Translations under genes and position numbers: made by a program
The notes under the pieces: model-generated
Database searches by the model: none
What the model was told of the DNA's origin: nothing
What the model saw: only the letters and a program-made list of their open reading frames with translations
DNA from: Chiloscyllium plagiosum
Taxonomy: Eukaryota
Assembly (NCBI RefSeq): GCF_004010195.1
Contig: NC_057719.1
Coordinates: 80,178,709 to 80,242,708, forward strand
Direction: 5' to 3'
DNA: 64,000 bases
In this document: positions 37,594 to 51,064 of the stretch, piece after piece
Layout of the letters: every line of letters begins with the position of its first letter
Position numbering within the stretch: the stretch's first letter is position 1

Positions 37594-38610
37594 CAGGACT
37601 TATACACTAAATGGTAAGATCCTCAGGAGTGTTGCTGAACAAAGAGACCTAATTGGATAGGTACATGGATGGGTGCTTAAGCTAGGACAAATGTTCGGCA
37701 CAACATCGTGGGCCGAAGGGCCTGTTCTGTGCTGTATTGTTCTATGTTCTATGGAGTGCAGATTCATAGCTCCTTGGAAGTGGAGTTGCAGGTAGATAGC
37801 ATAGTGAAGAAGGTGTGCTTTCCTTTATTGGTCAGAGCATAGAGTGTGGAAGTGGGGAAATCATATTGCAGCCATACAGGACATTGGTTGGAATGCTGCG
37901 TTCAATTCTGGTCACCCTGTCTTAGGAAAGAATTTGTTAAACTTGAAAAGATTCACATGGATGTTGCTAGGGTTGTAGAGTTTGAGCTACAGAGAGACCT
38001 TCAGTCTAACCCGTCCATGGCAATGAGATATTCTAAATTAATCTAGTCCCCTTTGCCAGTACTTGGCCCATATCCCTCTAAACTCTCCCTATTCATATAT
38101 CCATCCAGATACCTTTCAAATGTTGTAACTTTCTCTGGCAGCTCATTCCATACACGTAGCACATCTGCGTAAAAAAGTTGCCCCTTAGGTACCTTTTATG
38201 TCTTCCCCTCTCACCTTAAACTTATGGCCTCTAGTTTTGGACTCCCTTAATCCACATGAAAGATCTTGTCTATTTACCCTATCCATAGCCCTCATGTTTT
38301 TATAAACCTCTACATGGTCACCACTCAGCTTCCGACGCTCCAGGGAATTAAGGTGAGGGGAAAGATTTAAAAGGGGATCTAACGGGCAACTTTTTCACTC
38401 AGAGGGTGGTGCGTGCATGGGATGAGCTGCTAGAAGAAGTGGTGGAGGCTGATACAATTACAACATTTAAAAGGCATCTGGATGGATACATGAATAAGGA
38501 GGGTTTAGAGGGATATGGGCCAGGTACTGGAAAAGGGGTCAAGATTAATTTAGGGTGTCTTGTTGGCATAGACGTGTTGGACTGTTTCTGTGCTGTATAT
38601 CTCTGTCTGT
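37594..38610. mobile_element. CR1 3' fragments in alternating orientation (+, -, +)
   Basis: ECCVQFWSP (+); about 38000-38345 reversed; WDELLEEVVEADT (+). Confidence 0.75.
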
Positions 38611-39044
38611 ATGAGGAGAGCTGGAGAGAGCAAGAAAGTGCTGTTTGCCATGGCAGTGTGGGAGGCTGACATTTCCAGGAATACACCCAACCTATGTTGG
38701 CAGTTACCCAGCAATGTGACTGCAACCAGGGAATCGCAGCCTGGAGTGAGACCAAAAACATGCTCGGAATGCTTGGCGGATCAAACAATATCCAAGGGCT
38801 TCAGTTGTGAGGAAAAGGTTAAAGAGGTTGGATCTGTTCTCCTTGGAAAGAAGAAGGCCGAGGAGGGATTTGAGAGAGATTTTGAGAGTCATGATGAGTT
38901 GGATAGATCCGGAGAAACTGCCCCTGCATGTGAAAGAAATGAATGAGAGGGCACTGTTTTAAAATGATGTGTCAATGAAGCAAGGGTGATGGGAGAAAAA
39001 TCTTTCTTTAACAATCTACAGCTGTACGGTGCTTTACCTATACT

Positions 39045-39505
39045 TCTTCTGTTTAGTGCACTGTACTCACAGTTCACAGCGTGCCCTTCTGCACAACGGG
39101 AAGACCAAATGCAGACTGGGTGACCGCTGGCTGGGACAGCCTCACTCAGTTTGCCAGTGTGACCCTCTGGATTTTCTGTCACTTCAATTCTCCGTCCCAC
39201 TCTGACCTCTCAACCCTTGCCCTCCTCTTTGATACAAGTGGAGCTTAGCCAAAGCTTCAGGAATGGCTGCATTTTCTGGGCTTTTACTTGGAGTTTAACA
39301 GCTTCAGACCTTAATCTCTACTCATTTCCTCCACTCCCCACTGCAGCTGTTGGTATCTTTGCCATCCCCACTTGGCCTCCCCCTCGAGACATCTTATTTT
39401 TCATCGACCTGAAACAATCACTCTGTTCCGCCCTCAGTGGAACCTGCTGCGTAATCTCTCTCAGCATTTTCAAGTTTTGTTTTGCATTTCTAGCATCCAC
39501 AGGAC
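39045..39505 (+). mobile_element. Highly decayed PLE GIY-YIG/3' fragment
   Basis: ...LLHNGKTKCRLGDR resembles LLYIGETKRRLGDR; 3' end similar to other pLTRs. Confidence 0.45.
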
Positions 39506-40599
39506 CTAGCTTTTGTAAATATTGCCTGGCATGGATCAGAAATGGAAATTGGTGACAGCAAAGATGATGGTTGACCCCATACTGTATCCATATCATTAGT
39601 TGTCCCTTTACTCTAAGAATCACTAAAAGGGGAGACGAATGGTTAGATTTTACTGTACTGTACTACACGGACTGCCCTTTATAGAGAGTTTTGTTGCATT
39701 TTGCTTTCTGATTTTGAGCTATTTATTCTGTGTTAAAATTGGTGCTGACTGGCACTTTGCCTGTGAAAGTGGCAGGTGTATTGGAATGGTGCAGTAATAA
39801 AATGTTGTATTAAGATTGCTGCTGTTTAAATGTTTCTTTCTTGAAAAAAAAAACCCTCGCAGCTCTCTCACTTTTGTTTCTTTTGTCGTGATAATGATGA
39901 CAGGACTCCCCAGTTTATACAATAGTTTCCATACTGGCAAGACAACCGAAAAAAGGTTTCACAGCTGATTAACAGATTTTATTGAAGCACAGTTTCCACT
40001 TTGTAAAATAGAAAAAGAAGATGCTAGCTAACTTGCACAAGCTGCAATGTGATAAAGAGCAGATAAGTTAATTTCGCAACATGCAAGACCATTCAGCCAT
40101 ATTGCCTGATGGATCAAAATTGGCCAGAGTACCAGCCTTGCTATTCTTTGGATCTTCTGCATCCGCCTACGAGGGAAGATGTGACCTTGATTTAACATCT
40201 GATTTGAAAGAAGGCAAGTCCGACATTACATTATGCCCTCAGCACTAAATGGGGCTGATGGCCTGCATTACCTCTGAAGTGGAATTTTAACTTAACCTGT
40301 GACCTTTGTCTCAGCAAGGTGAATGTCACCAGTGAACCACAGCCTTGCATATTCAGAAAGACCTGCAAGATGATGTGAAAAGCATATTTAATGGTCAAAT
40401 TTAGTGCCAGATCAAGTACACCTCAATCAGGTTCTTTGGAACCTGGGGTACTTACATGTTGTGCTGTGGTTGGCATAGTTCGGTCATTTTCATTGCCTAC
40501 TTTGGGCTAAGACCATCTATATGCAAGAAAAGCACTGGCATTCTTTTTTACATAAATGTAATTGTGCATTGGGGAAATGATTTTATAACGTATACAGTG

Positions 40600-41060
40600 A
40601 TGTAGAGCACACAAACCCTTTGATCCAACCTGTCCAGGCCAACCAGATATCCTAAATTAATCTAATCCCATTCGTCAGCATTTAGCCCATATCCCTCTAA
40701 ATACTTCCTTTTCATTTCTCCATCCAGGTGCCTTTTAAATGTTGTAATTGTACCAGCTTCCACCACCTCCTTTGGAAACTCATTCCATTCATACACCACC
40801 CTCTGCATGAAAAAGTTACCCTTCAGGTCCCTTTACTGTAATCTTTCACCCCTCACCTTAAACCTATATCCTCTTGTCCTTGGACCATCCTACCCTGCTA
40901 TTCACCCATTCCATGCTCCTCATGATTTTGTAAACTTGCATATCACCAGCTTCAGACGCTCCAGGGAAAATAGCCCCAGCCTATTCAGCCTCTCCCTATA
41001 GCTCAAACCCTCCAACACTGGCAACATCGTTATAAATATTTCCTGAAACATTTCAAGTTT
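40600..41060 (-). mobile_element. CR1 3' fragment
   Basis: Reverse complement of CR1 tail. Confidence 0.8.
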
Positions 41061-41069
41061 AAGAAGATA

Positions 41070-41665
41070 GGGGAGGCAATGACCCGAGTGGTCTTATCGT
41101 TGGACTGTTAATCCTGAGACCCAGGTAATGTTCTGGGCACTCGGGTTTGAATCCTGCCAAGGCAGATGGTGAAATTTGAATTCAATAAAATAAAACAGTC
41201 TGGAATTAAGAGTCTAATGATGACCATGAATCCATTGTCAATTGTTGGGGAAAAACCCATCTGGTTCCCTAATGCCCTTCAGGGAAGGAAACTGCTGTCT
41301 TTACCTGGTCTGGCTGACATGTGACTCTGGACCCACAGAAATGTGGTGACTAGCGAGTTTTGAGAGGATTTGTAGCTCAGGTTGAGATTCTAAATGTAGG
41401 TTTGCTCGCTGAGCTGGAAGGTTCATTTTCAGATGTTTCGTCACCGTACTGGGTAACATTTTCAGTGAGCCTCTGAATGAAGCACTGGTGGTGTAGCCCA
41501 CTTTCTGTTTATATGTTTGAGTTTCCTAGCATTGGTGGTCATTTCCTGTGGAGACATCATTTCAGATGGTGATGTGGTTTCCTGTTCTTTTCTCAGTGGT
41601 GACTCTAAACTGCCCAATGGGCAACAAATGCTGGCCTAGCCAGTGACGCCCATATGCTGTGAATG
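41070..41665 (+). mobile_element. tRNA-derived SINE family B, interrupted by PLE family C
   Basis: A-box-like tgacccgagtgg, B-box-like ggtttgaatcc; aaaacccatctggttccctaatg core. Confidence 0.75.
41352..41595 (-). mobile_element. PLE-like family C short element with hammerhead-like motif, 9-bp TSD
   Basis: TSD gtggtgact at 41343-41351 and 41596-41604; minus strand tca-CTGAAAA-t-gttacc-cagtac-ggtgac-GAAACATC-tga. Confidence 0.7.
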
Positions 41666-43329
41666 GATTTTAAAGAAATCATTCCTATACGCTCTTTTAT
41701 TAGATCATACTGGAATAATGTGCGTAGTTCTGCTTGCTAGATGGCAAAAAGAAAAGACAAAGGGGAACTGGAGAACGTACAAATAAAAGTTCAAAAGGAT
41801 GAAAGCAAGACTGAAGTTACCTGGGCCTCTGTGCTTAGGGAAAGATAAGGATAAGGGGTTGGACATGATGGGGGTTTTCAAAACTTATGAAGGAGTTTGA
41901 TTGAGTAGTTGTTGAAATGGTTCCACTTCATGGTAAATGACCATTAATTGCCATATTTACAGGATTGTCATTAATGCATACATTAATAAGGGACTGCTTT
42001 ACCCAGAGAGTGGTTAGAATGCAGAAATTAAGACCAGGAAGTGACTTTGAGAGGGAGCCGAGACACAGTCATGAAATAAATGAAAACACTGCAGATTGGA
42101 TTTTATTAAATAGGTCAGAGAGAGGCATGTGTGGAGTGTAAGATGTGTAAATTTTACATAATTCCAAATTGTACCTGTTCAGAGTCATACAATAGCTCAG
42201 CAGTTCAAAATGCCAAATCCCAGTTGATATTGAGGGATCTTCACTTTTAGTTCCTGCCTTCACCTCCAGGTGGGTAGTTGACAGGAAAGAAATGGTCAGC
42301 CTTTTGACTTTCTAAACAAACAGCAGTTGACTTGCATGGAGCCAGAATCTAAAAGGATGGCTGTTGCTGTTTGAAGAGCTGCAGTGCAAGGCAAATATTT
42401 TTTAATTAATTTGTCGATCCAGTGTTTATTCTTTTAATGCAAATATCCAAACCATTGCCCTAAGCAATCACTAGAGGAAACATTAAGTTTTAATAAAATG
42501 TGCACAATGTGGTCAGAAAATATTAGTTTCATGATGCTGCATCCAGCACAGCTGATTTAGTTTTTCAGACATGCCTCGTGTTTGTTTAAGATGACCACGA
42601 TGAATACAATTAAAGAAAGACTAACTTTCTTGTATAACACCTTAGTACATCAAAGCACTGACGAGACAATCTAATTTTAGTGATGTTGGTTGCGAAGTAA
42701 TGAGTGACTGGGTCGCAGTGCAGAGTTTCCTGCGGATTTTGGAAATAGCTTTTCATCTCATTTGAAAACAGGGCACCCCTGACAATGCCTCACTGCAGTA
42801 GGGGGTTGTTAGCCAACATTGCAAGCTCAGATCTCTAAAATGGACTGGGACTGACTCAATTATACAATCATACGGCACAGTAACAGATCCTACAGTCCAG
42901 CTGGTCCACATTGACTAAAATCCCAAAGTAAACTAGCCCCACCTGCCTGGGTTTGGTCTGCAAACATTTCTTATTCATGTAGTTATCCAAATGTCTTGTA
43001 AACATTGTAAATGTGCCTGCAATTTCCTCTGGAAGTTTGTTCCACACAAGAACCACTCTCTTTGTGTTTAAAAAAAATTCCCCTCATGTCTCTGTTAAAT
43101 CTTTCTCCTCTCACCTTAAAAGTGTGCCACTAGTCTTGAAATCCCCCATCTTAGGGGAAAGACACCTGCCATTCACCTTATCTGTACTATTCACTATTGT
43201 ATAAACCTCCAGAAGGTCACCCTTCGACCGTCTACGCTCAAGTGAAAAAAGTCCCAGCTTATCCAGCCTCTCCTTATAATTCAAACCCTCCATTTTCAGC
43301 AACATCCTGGTAAGTATCTTCAGAACCCT

Positions 43330-43567
43330 AGGTAAAAACAAGGACTGCAGATGCTGGAAACCAGAGTCTAGATTAGAGTGGTGCTGGAAAAGCACAGTCT
43401 TTAGGCAGCATCCAAAGAGCAGGAAAATCGACGTTTCGGGCAAAAGCCCTTCATCAGGAGTAGAGGGCTATTCCTGATGAAGGGCTTTTACCCGAAACGT
43501 CGATTTTCCTGCTCCTTGAATGCTGCCTGACCTGCTGTGCTTTTCCAGCACCACTCTAATCTAGATC
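43330..43567. mobile_element. Palindromic mini-PLE (family A variant) with two hammerhead cores, 12-bp TSD
   Basis: TSD cttcagaaccct at 43318-43329 and 43568-43579; CTGATGA at 43474 (+) and 43457-43451 (-). Confidence 0.9.
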
Positions 43568-44217
43568 CTTCAGAACCCTGTCCAGCTTAATAATATCCTT
43601 TATATAACAGAGTGACCAGAACTGCATACAGTATTCCAGAAGAGGCCTCACCAACATCTTGTATATTAGGTCTCAACTCCTATCCTCAAAGGTCTGAGCC
43701 ATGAAGGCAAGGATGCCTTCATGACTACCATATCTACCTGTGATGCAAACTTGAAAGAATTATGTACTTGAACCCCTAGGTCCCTCTGTTATACAACATT
43801 ACCCAAGGCCTTACATTTAACTGGATAAGTTCTGTCCTTGTTTGTTTTACCAAAATGCAATACCTTGCATTTATCCAAATTGAACTCCATCTGCCACTCC
43901 AGAGCCCATTGACCCAAACTGATCAAAATATCTTTGTAATCTTAGATAACCTTCAGTGACCACTACACCACCAATTTTGGTGTCATCCGCGAGCCTATCA
44001 TCATTCGTCATTCTCATCTAAATCATTAATATAAACAACAAATAAAAGTGGACCGATCATTGATCCCTGTGGGACACAGCTGGGAACAGACTTCCACTCT
44101 GAAAAATAACATACCACCATCAGTCCCTGTCTCCTGCGTTAAGCAAATTTTGTATCCAAGTGGCAAATTCACTCTGAATCCCATGTTATCTAACCTTACT
44201 AATTAGTCTACCATGTC

Positions 44218-44337
44218 AAAGGCTTTTGCCCGAAATGTTGATTCCCCTCCTCCTTGGATGCTGCCTGACCCGCTGTGCTTTTCCAGTACCACACTCTCGA
44301 CTCTGATCTCGAGCATCTACAGCTCTCACTTTCTCCA
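44218..44337 (+). mobile_element. PLE family A pLTR fragment
   Basis: aaggcttttgcccgaaatgttgatt...ctcactttctcc. Confidence 0.75.
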
Positions 44338-44516
44338 AGTAAAGAATGTCTACTGCTCTGCCCTCATAAATCTTGGTTACTTCCTCAAAAATATTCGGTC
44401 AGGTTTGTGAGACATGATTTCCCTCTCACAAAACCGTGAAGGCGATCCCTAATCATTCCTTGTTTCTTCGAATGCATATAAATCCTATCCTTCAGAATCA
44501 CCTCCAACATCTTGGT

Positions 44517-44838
44517 GGGTGGCACGGTGGCACAGTGGTTAGCACTGCTGCCTCACAGCGCCAGAGACCCGGGTTCAATTCCCGACTCAGGCGACTGACT
44601 GTGTGGAGTTTGCACATTCTCCCCGTGTCTGCGTGGGTTTCCTCCGGGTGCTCCGGTTTCCTCCCACAGTCCAAAGATGTGCAGGTCAGGTGAATTGGCC
44701 ATGCTAAATTGCCAGTAGTGTTAGGTAATAAGGGGTAAATGTGGGGTAATGGGTGGGTTGCGCTTCGGCGGGTCGGTGTGGACTTGTTGGGCCGAAGGGC
44801 CTGTTTCCACACTGTAAGTAATGTAATCTAATCTAATC
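44517..44838 (+). mobile_element. HE1-type V-SINE, full length
   Basis: Canonical head, V-domain and tail. Confidence 0.92.
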
Positions 44839-45699
44839 TTCCCCACCACTGAAGTCAGACTCACCGATCTATAGTTCCCAGGTTTCTCCTTACATCCTTT
44901 CTTAAACAAAGGCACGATATTGGACACCGAAGGCACCTCATCCATAGTTATGAATGTTACAAATATTTCTGCAAAGTGTTCTGCAATTTCCTCCCTAACG
45001 TCCCACAATATCCTGGGATACACTAGATCAGGTCTGGATATTTATCTACTTTCATATTTTCTCAGACCTCCAGCACTTTCCCTTCTGTAATGTAAACTGT
45101 TTACAAAACATCAATATTTATTTCACTGAGCTCTCTGGCCTCAATTTCTTTCTCCACAGTAAAAACTGATGCAAAATATTCATTTAATATCTCTCCCACC
45201 CGCTGTCGTTCCAAGACAATGACGACCTCTTTAATCTTTAAGTCAAGTGTGCTACTCACCGAACTGGGATCAGCCCTGAATGTGTGGAGCATTCCAGTCC
45301 CAATCTTATATTCACCACTTCATAAATTCAAACTATGTACACTGAACCAGCTTGTTTGACTGAGGACGTTGAAATATTGAACAATGCAAATTCTGAAGGA
45401 GGTGCAATGTTCACCGAACTAATTCCTGCCTTCACACCCAAGTGGGCAGTTGGCTGGAGAGGAATGGTCAGTCTTTGACTTTCCAAACAAACAGCAGTGG
45501 ACATGGCAGAACCAGAATCTTCCAGAACGGATGTGGCTGTTCAAAGAGCTGCAGTGCAAAGCAATTATTTTAAAATTAGTTTGTCGATCCAATGTTTACT
45601 CTTTGTGACAGTTCCAGTGCAAATATCCAAACCATTGCGCTAAGCAATCATTGGAGGAAACAGATTACGTTTGAGTGAGGTGCTTTGTGATCTCTATTA

Positions 45700-46960
45700 G
45701 TTAATGAGTGGAAGTAGCATTCATACCACACAGGCACTTGGTAATGATCATCTCCAACTAGGGAGGATCTAAACATCACCCTGGACATTCAGCAATTTGA
45801 CCGTCCCCACCATCAATTGTCACTGGTCAGAAACTCAACTGTTCCCACCACATGAATCATGTGGATACAAGAGCAGGTCAGGGGCAGGAAATTCTGCAGT
45901 GAGTAACTCACCTCCTGACTCCCCAAAGCCTGTCCACCATCTACAAGGCACAAATCAGGGGTGTGATGGATCAGTCCCCACTTGCCTCAATGAGTGCAGC
46001 TCCAACAACACTTGAGAAGCTTGATACCATCCAGGACAAAGCAAACCAATTGTCACTACACCTACCACCTTCTACATTCATTCTTTTCACCCCTGATGCA
46101 GAGTGGCAGCAGCACAGGGTGCATGAGTTGGGAAGTCATATGATGACATTGTACAGGATTTTGGTGAGGCCTCTTCTGGAATACTGTGTCCAGTCCAGGT
46201 CACCCAGTTATAGGAAGGATATTATTAAGCTGGAGAGGGTTTAGAAGAGATTTACCAGGATGTTGCTGGGTATGGAAGGTTTGAGTTATAAAGAAAGGCT
46301 GGGATTTTTTCCACTGGACCGTAGGAGGTTGAAAGGTGACCTGATAGAAGTTTATAAAATAATGAGGGGTATAGATAGAGTTAATGGTAGTTGTCTTTTT
46401 CCTAGAATGGGGGATTTCAAGACTAGGGGGCACATTTTTAATAAAGACTTAGGGGCAAATATTTTACACAGAAGGTGGTTCGTGTGTGGAATGAACTTCC
46501 TGAGGAAGTGGTGGGTACAGTTACATCATTTAAAAGAAATTTGGATAAGTACATGAATAGGAAAGGTTTGGAGGGATATGGGCCAGGAACAGGCAGGTAG
46601 GACTAGTTTAGTTTGGGATTATGGACTGGTTGGACCCTATGACTCTATGACTAGAGTAACTCACCAAGGCTCCTATGACAGACCTCCCAAATCAGTGACC
46701 TTGACCACTGCAAGAGCAGCAGATAAATGGGAATGCCACCGTCCTGCAAGTTCCCCGTCCTAACTTGAAATTAAACTACTATTCCTTCACTCTCACTGGA
46801 TCAAATCTTGGAATTCTCTTTTTGACTGGGTGTACATAAGCTAAAGGGACTGCAGCAGTCCCAAGAAGACAACCCACCCTTATCTTCTCAAGGGCAATTA
46901 GGGATTGGTGCTAAATACTGAACTAAACAGTAAAGTTTGTCCCTCCCTTCATAAATAAAT
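45700..46960 (+). mobile_element. LINE family B 3' part interrupted by a CR1 3' fragment (about 46118-46652)
   Basis: MDQSPLASMSAAPTTLEKLDTIQDKA, then LYRILVRPLLEYCVQ; LINE-B tail resumes after gactctatgact. Confidence 0.75.
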
Positions 46961-47290
46961 AAGAACAATTCAATAATGATAGCATACACTTAGGTAGCAC
47001 GACAATGATAATAGAACATCCCAAGGGACCATATAGTAATATTTACTGGTATAGATGTGACAGCAAATGACATAAGGAATCAGGTGACCCAAGACCTCTG
47101 TTAAAATGATAGTTTTTAAGGAATGACTGGGAGTTGGAGACACTTTGGGAAAACAGATCCTTCTGTTTTATCTGAACAATTTGGGTGTCAGTAACCTGGT
47201 TGCCTGCACGATTGTTATTCTTAACTTGTTTTTTTTCACCCTTGTTTATTAGATATTGTTTACAGTTTGGGCATATAGAAAGATGTTTGC

Positions 47291-47562
47291 GGGTGGCACG
47301 GTAGCTCAGTGGTTAGCACAGCTGTCTCACAGCGCCAGGGACCCGGTTCAATTCCAGCATCGGGTGGCTGTCTGTGTGGAGTTTGCACATTCTCCTCGTG
47401 TCTGCGTGGGTCCCCCCCCCCCCCAGGGGTGCTCCGGTTTCCTCCTAAAGGTGTGCAGGTTAGGTGGGTTAGCCGTGGGAAATGTAGGGAGTGGGTCTGG
47501 GTGGGATGCACTTCGGAAGGTCGGTTTGGAATTGATGGGCCAAATGGCCTGCTTCCACACCG
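47291..47562 (+). mobile_element. Diverged HE1-like SINE
   Basis: gggtggcacggtagctcagtggttagcac...gcttccacac. Confidence 0.8.
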
Positions 47563-47994
47563 TGAGAAATGAGAGGCCTGTACTGATATTAGACCTTGGG
47601 CTTTACTTACACCAGCTGGGTGAGCTGCTCCAGTTCCCAGGCCTCCACAGGAATGTTGATGGAGGCTGCTGGAGGTAGGCCTTGGATTGGGGAGGGTGAG
47701 GTGGATGGATTGGGGCGGCTGGAGGTGATGGGGAAGAAGTGGGACTGAACAAATCATGGGGGCCAGGGAGGGAGCAATCCAGAATTGACTGGGAGGGAGC
47801 ACGATGATTGGAATGGGTCAATCGGAGGGGTTTAATTGGGAACGAGGACGGTGAATGGGAGGGGGCTAAGCAGGAGAGCAGGCAGTAGGTTAGAGAAGAG
47901 CCATGTTGGGGGAGAGGGTTGTCAGTGGTTGACAGTCAAGGGGGGGTAGTGGTGGTTGTGTGGGTTAGTGATCAGAGTGGTTGGAGGGTGACAC

Positions 47995-48925
47995 TTAGGA
48001 GCTGGATGAGATTACTTGGAAGTGATGGGAAAATTGGGCTGAGTCAGCACGGCTTCATCAAGGGAAAGTCATACCGGAGAAGACAAAATGCTGCTAAGTA
48101 AGATATTAACCCATGGTATTAGGGTCAAGGTACTGTCATGAATAGGGGATCGGCTGACTGGCAGAGAGTGGGATCGAGGGGTCTTTTTCAGGATGGCAGC
48201 CCCTATGGGGACTGGTAGAGTTCTGCAGGGTCTGTATTGGGGCCACAACTATTCACATTGTACATTAACGATCTGGATGAAGGAATTGAGGGCATTGTTG
48301 CTAAGTTTGCTAATGGCACAAAGATAGATGGAGGCAGATAGTGTTGAAGAGATGCAGAGGCTTCAGAAGGACTTGGACAGCCCAGGAGAGTGGGCAAAGT
48401 AGTGGCAAATGGGATACAATGCGGCAAAGTGTGAGGATATGCACATTGGTAGGAAGAGGAAGGCTTCAGGAATCTGAAGCATAAAGGGGTTCCTAGTTTG
48501 GGATTCTCTTAAAGTTGACGTGCAGATTGAGTTGGCAGTTAGGAAGGCTGGTTCAGTGATAGCAATCATTTCGAGTAGGCCAGAATGCAAGAGCAAGGAC
48601 GTACTGCTGAGGCTGTATGAAGCCCTGGTCAGTCTGCGTTTGTAATATTGTGAGCAGTTTTGAGCCCCGTATCGAAGGAAGGATGTGAGGAAAAGCTCTT
48701 TCACCCAAAGGGTGATGGAAATGCGGAACTCCCTGACTGCATGGGTGGTAGTGGCAAAAATCCTCATAACATTTAAAAATTATTTGCACTTGCAATGCAA
48801 GGGCATACAAGGCTATGGGTTAACGGCTGGAAAATAGTTTTAGAATCGTTAGGTCGTTGTTTTTGACCTGTGTGGACTTGACAGACGGAATGGCTTTTTT
48901 CTGTTTTGTAGCCTTTGATGACTCC
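47995..48925 (+). mobile_element. CR1 RT remnant
   Basis: SQHGFIKGKS; QGSVLGPQLFTLYINDLD. Confidence 0.75.
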
Positions 48926-50546
48926 AAGACTTTTTGGGATGTCCAGCCTACATGCCTAGCTCTGGGGCTGTGGAGTTCTTCCTGACACTGACAATTGTCC
49001 CTGGTTCAGTGGGACTGGAATAAGTTCATTTCCTAATGGTCTTATCTTTGTATGGCCCTGTGTTCTTGAATTAAAAGGCATGTGTATTTGGGACACAGAC
49101 TCTATCATAGCATATCTATGTAGCCTCACGGCCTCAGAGCGGGCCTGGATTTGTAGTTACCAGGGTTTCTGGTGCTATAGGATTGTCCTGGAGTTCCCAT
49201 GCAGTGAAGATCAGCCCCCATCACACTGTTGTGTGCGACCCTGGCCAGAAGCAAAGTTGCAGCGACATTTAAATATATATTTCTTTGGCCTAGTTCTTGA
49301 AACATTTCTCTTTGCCACATATAAAAATATTTTAAAATAGGGCAAAAATATAGTGTGGCCAAGCATCATCCAGTGGGGTAATCTTTGCTTTCTGATTGGT
49401 ATTGGATGGCTATGGGAGGGGGAACGGGAGCTGTGCAAGTCATGTGATAAAACCTCCGGGAATACCTTTAATCTGAAAGATCGCCGGGAAGACTGGCAAA
49501 GATCCATTGTTGAGAACAGAAATACTGGAAAGCTTCAGCCGCGTCTGAGACCAGCGTTAAAGTCTTGTGTTCAATAGTAAAAATGAAATGCTCACACTTC
49601 TCCCCCCCACCCTCGTTCCTGCCCCTTTAGCTTAAATCTATGCCCCATGATCATTGATCCCTCCACCAAAGGGGAGAAGTTTCTTCCTGTATACCAAATC
49701 TATGTCCCTAAAAGTTTGTTCCCAACTTTGCAGGTTATTTTCAGCCTGCCACTAGATGGAAGCATTGTACCATCCTGCCCTTCAGGAACTAGGGTTGGTG
49801 TGAACTTGGGAGTGATGTACTGTCTCATGTAACTAATAGGAAAGATTAGTTATTAAACACACAGTTATTTTTATTACTTTATGAAGGCAATCTGCCTCTA
49901 TCTGAGCTGATACGTACTGTTCCTGAAACTGATAAGCCAACTCGGTGGCATTTGATAATCTTTGAGCTTAACTGAGACGTATCGACTCATGGCCTTGGGA
50001 CCTCAAGCACTTTCGAAGCCAATGTAAAACTTTAGAAGTCGCCTCTAAGGTATTCCCTCGTTACCTAGGGTGAATTTTGTTCCATTCTGGCATTGTGAAT
50101 CCTGACCTGATTGAATAGCCCAAGGCTAGCTCTGCACTCCCTGTCACAGGCCAGGCTAAATGGTGTTTGAGGGGGTGGGTGCGTGAGTGATCTAGTTTTT
50201 GCACAGGCCTTCCCCTGTTTGTATCTGGCGTGGGAGACACTTGGAAGTGCCTGCTTTTGGACTGACTCCAAAGATTACAGCAAGATTCCATCAACAGATT
50301 TAAGCCTTGATTTTATTGTCACGTGTACTCAGGTACAGGAGTACCATGAAATGTGTATAAAGTCGCCACTCACGACACCATTTTAGGTGCCAAGACACCC
50401 AGATACCAAAAGCTTAGGTACACAATGATAAGCGAAACAGAGTCAAAAAGTTAAGCATTACTTCCATCGAATAAGTAGAAAAATAAAGAAGTGGGGTAAT
50501 GGTTAGCATTCAAGTCCATCTTAACTTAAATGAGGAAAATAAAGGG

Positions 50547-50843
50547 ATTGAGTGCTGGAGTTGGGAGGATCATGTTGTGGCTCTACAGGACATTGGTTAG
50601 GCCACTGTTGGAATATTGCGTGCAATTCTGGTCTCCTTCCTATCGGAAAAATGTTGTGAAACTTTTTACAAAATTAAATTGCAGCATTTAAGAGGCATTT
50701 GGATTGGTATTTGAGTAGGAAGGGTTTGGAGAGATATGGGCCGGGTGCTGGCAGGTGGGTCTAGATTGGGTTGGGATATCTGGTCGGCATGAGCGGGTTG
50801 GACCGAAGGGTCTGTTTCCGTGCTGTACATCTCTATGACTCTA
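50547..50843 (+). mobile_element. CR1 3' fragment (internally deleted)
   Basis: High similarity to the 3180-4135 copy. Confidence 0.85.
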
Positions 50844-51064
50844 AGTTAAAAGCCCAGCAGACTTCGATGAGTCCTCTGCTCAGCTTGTTCTCTGGGAGAC
50901 CTCAGCTGCCTGTTATTTTCCAGGGGACCTGACTCACTGCTCGCTCTCCCCACGTTGGACTGTGAGCCCATCGCTGCTGCAGCTGCCACCTCTCCAGTCT
51001 TTTCCAGAAATGTCCAGGCAGGATCCACTTGCACGCTGAGTTATCGCCAGGCCGTGCCGAAGGA

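Larger units (their letters stand above)
42865..45240 (-). mobile_element. CR1 LINE long fragment with nested mini-PLEs and HE1
   Basis: YPRILWDVREEIAE, NIVPLFKKGCKEKPGNYRSVSLTSVVGK, GLFSLERRR.KGDLLEVY. Confidence 0.9.
42250..45662 (+). repeat. Diverged direct repeat of about 240 bp (42250-42485 and 45422-45662)
   Basis: Shared blocks ttcctgccttcac, aaacaaacagcagt, agagctgcagtgcaa, tttgtcgatcca, tgcaaatatccaaaccattg. Confidence 0.85.

Noticed and set aside
45335..45478. 47-codon ORF in the duplicated segment
   Set aside because: Not preserved as an ORF in the other copy; no recognisable homology
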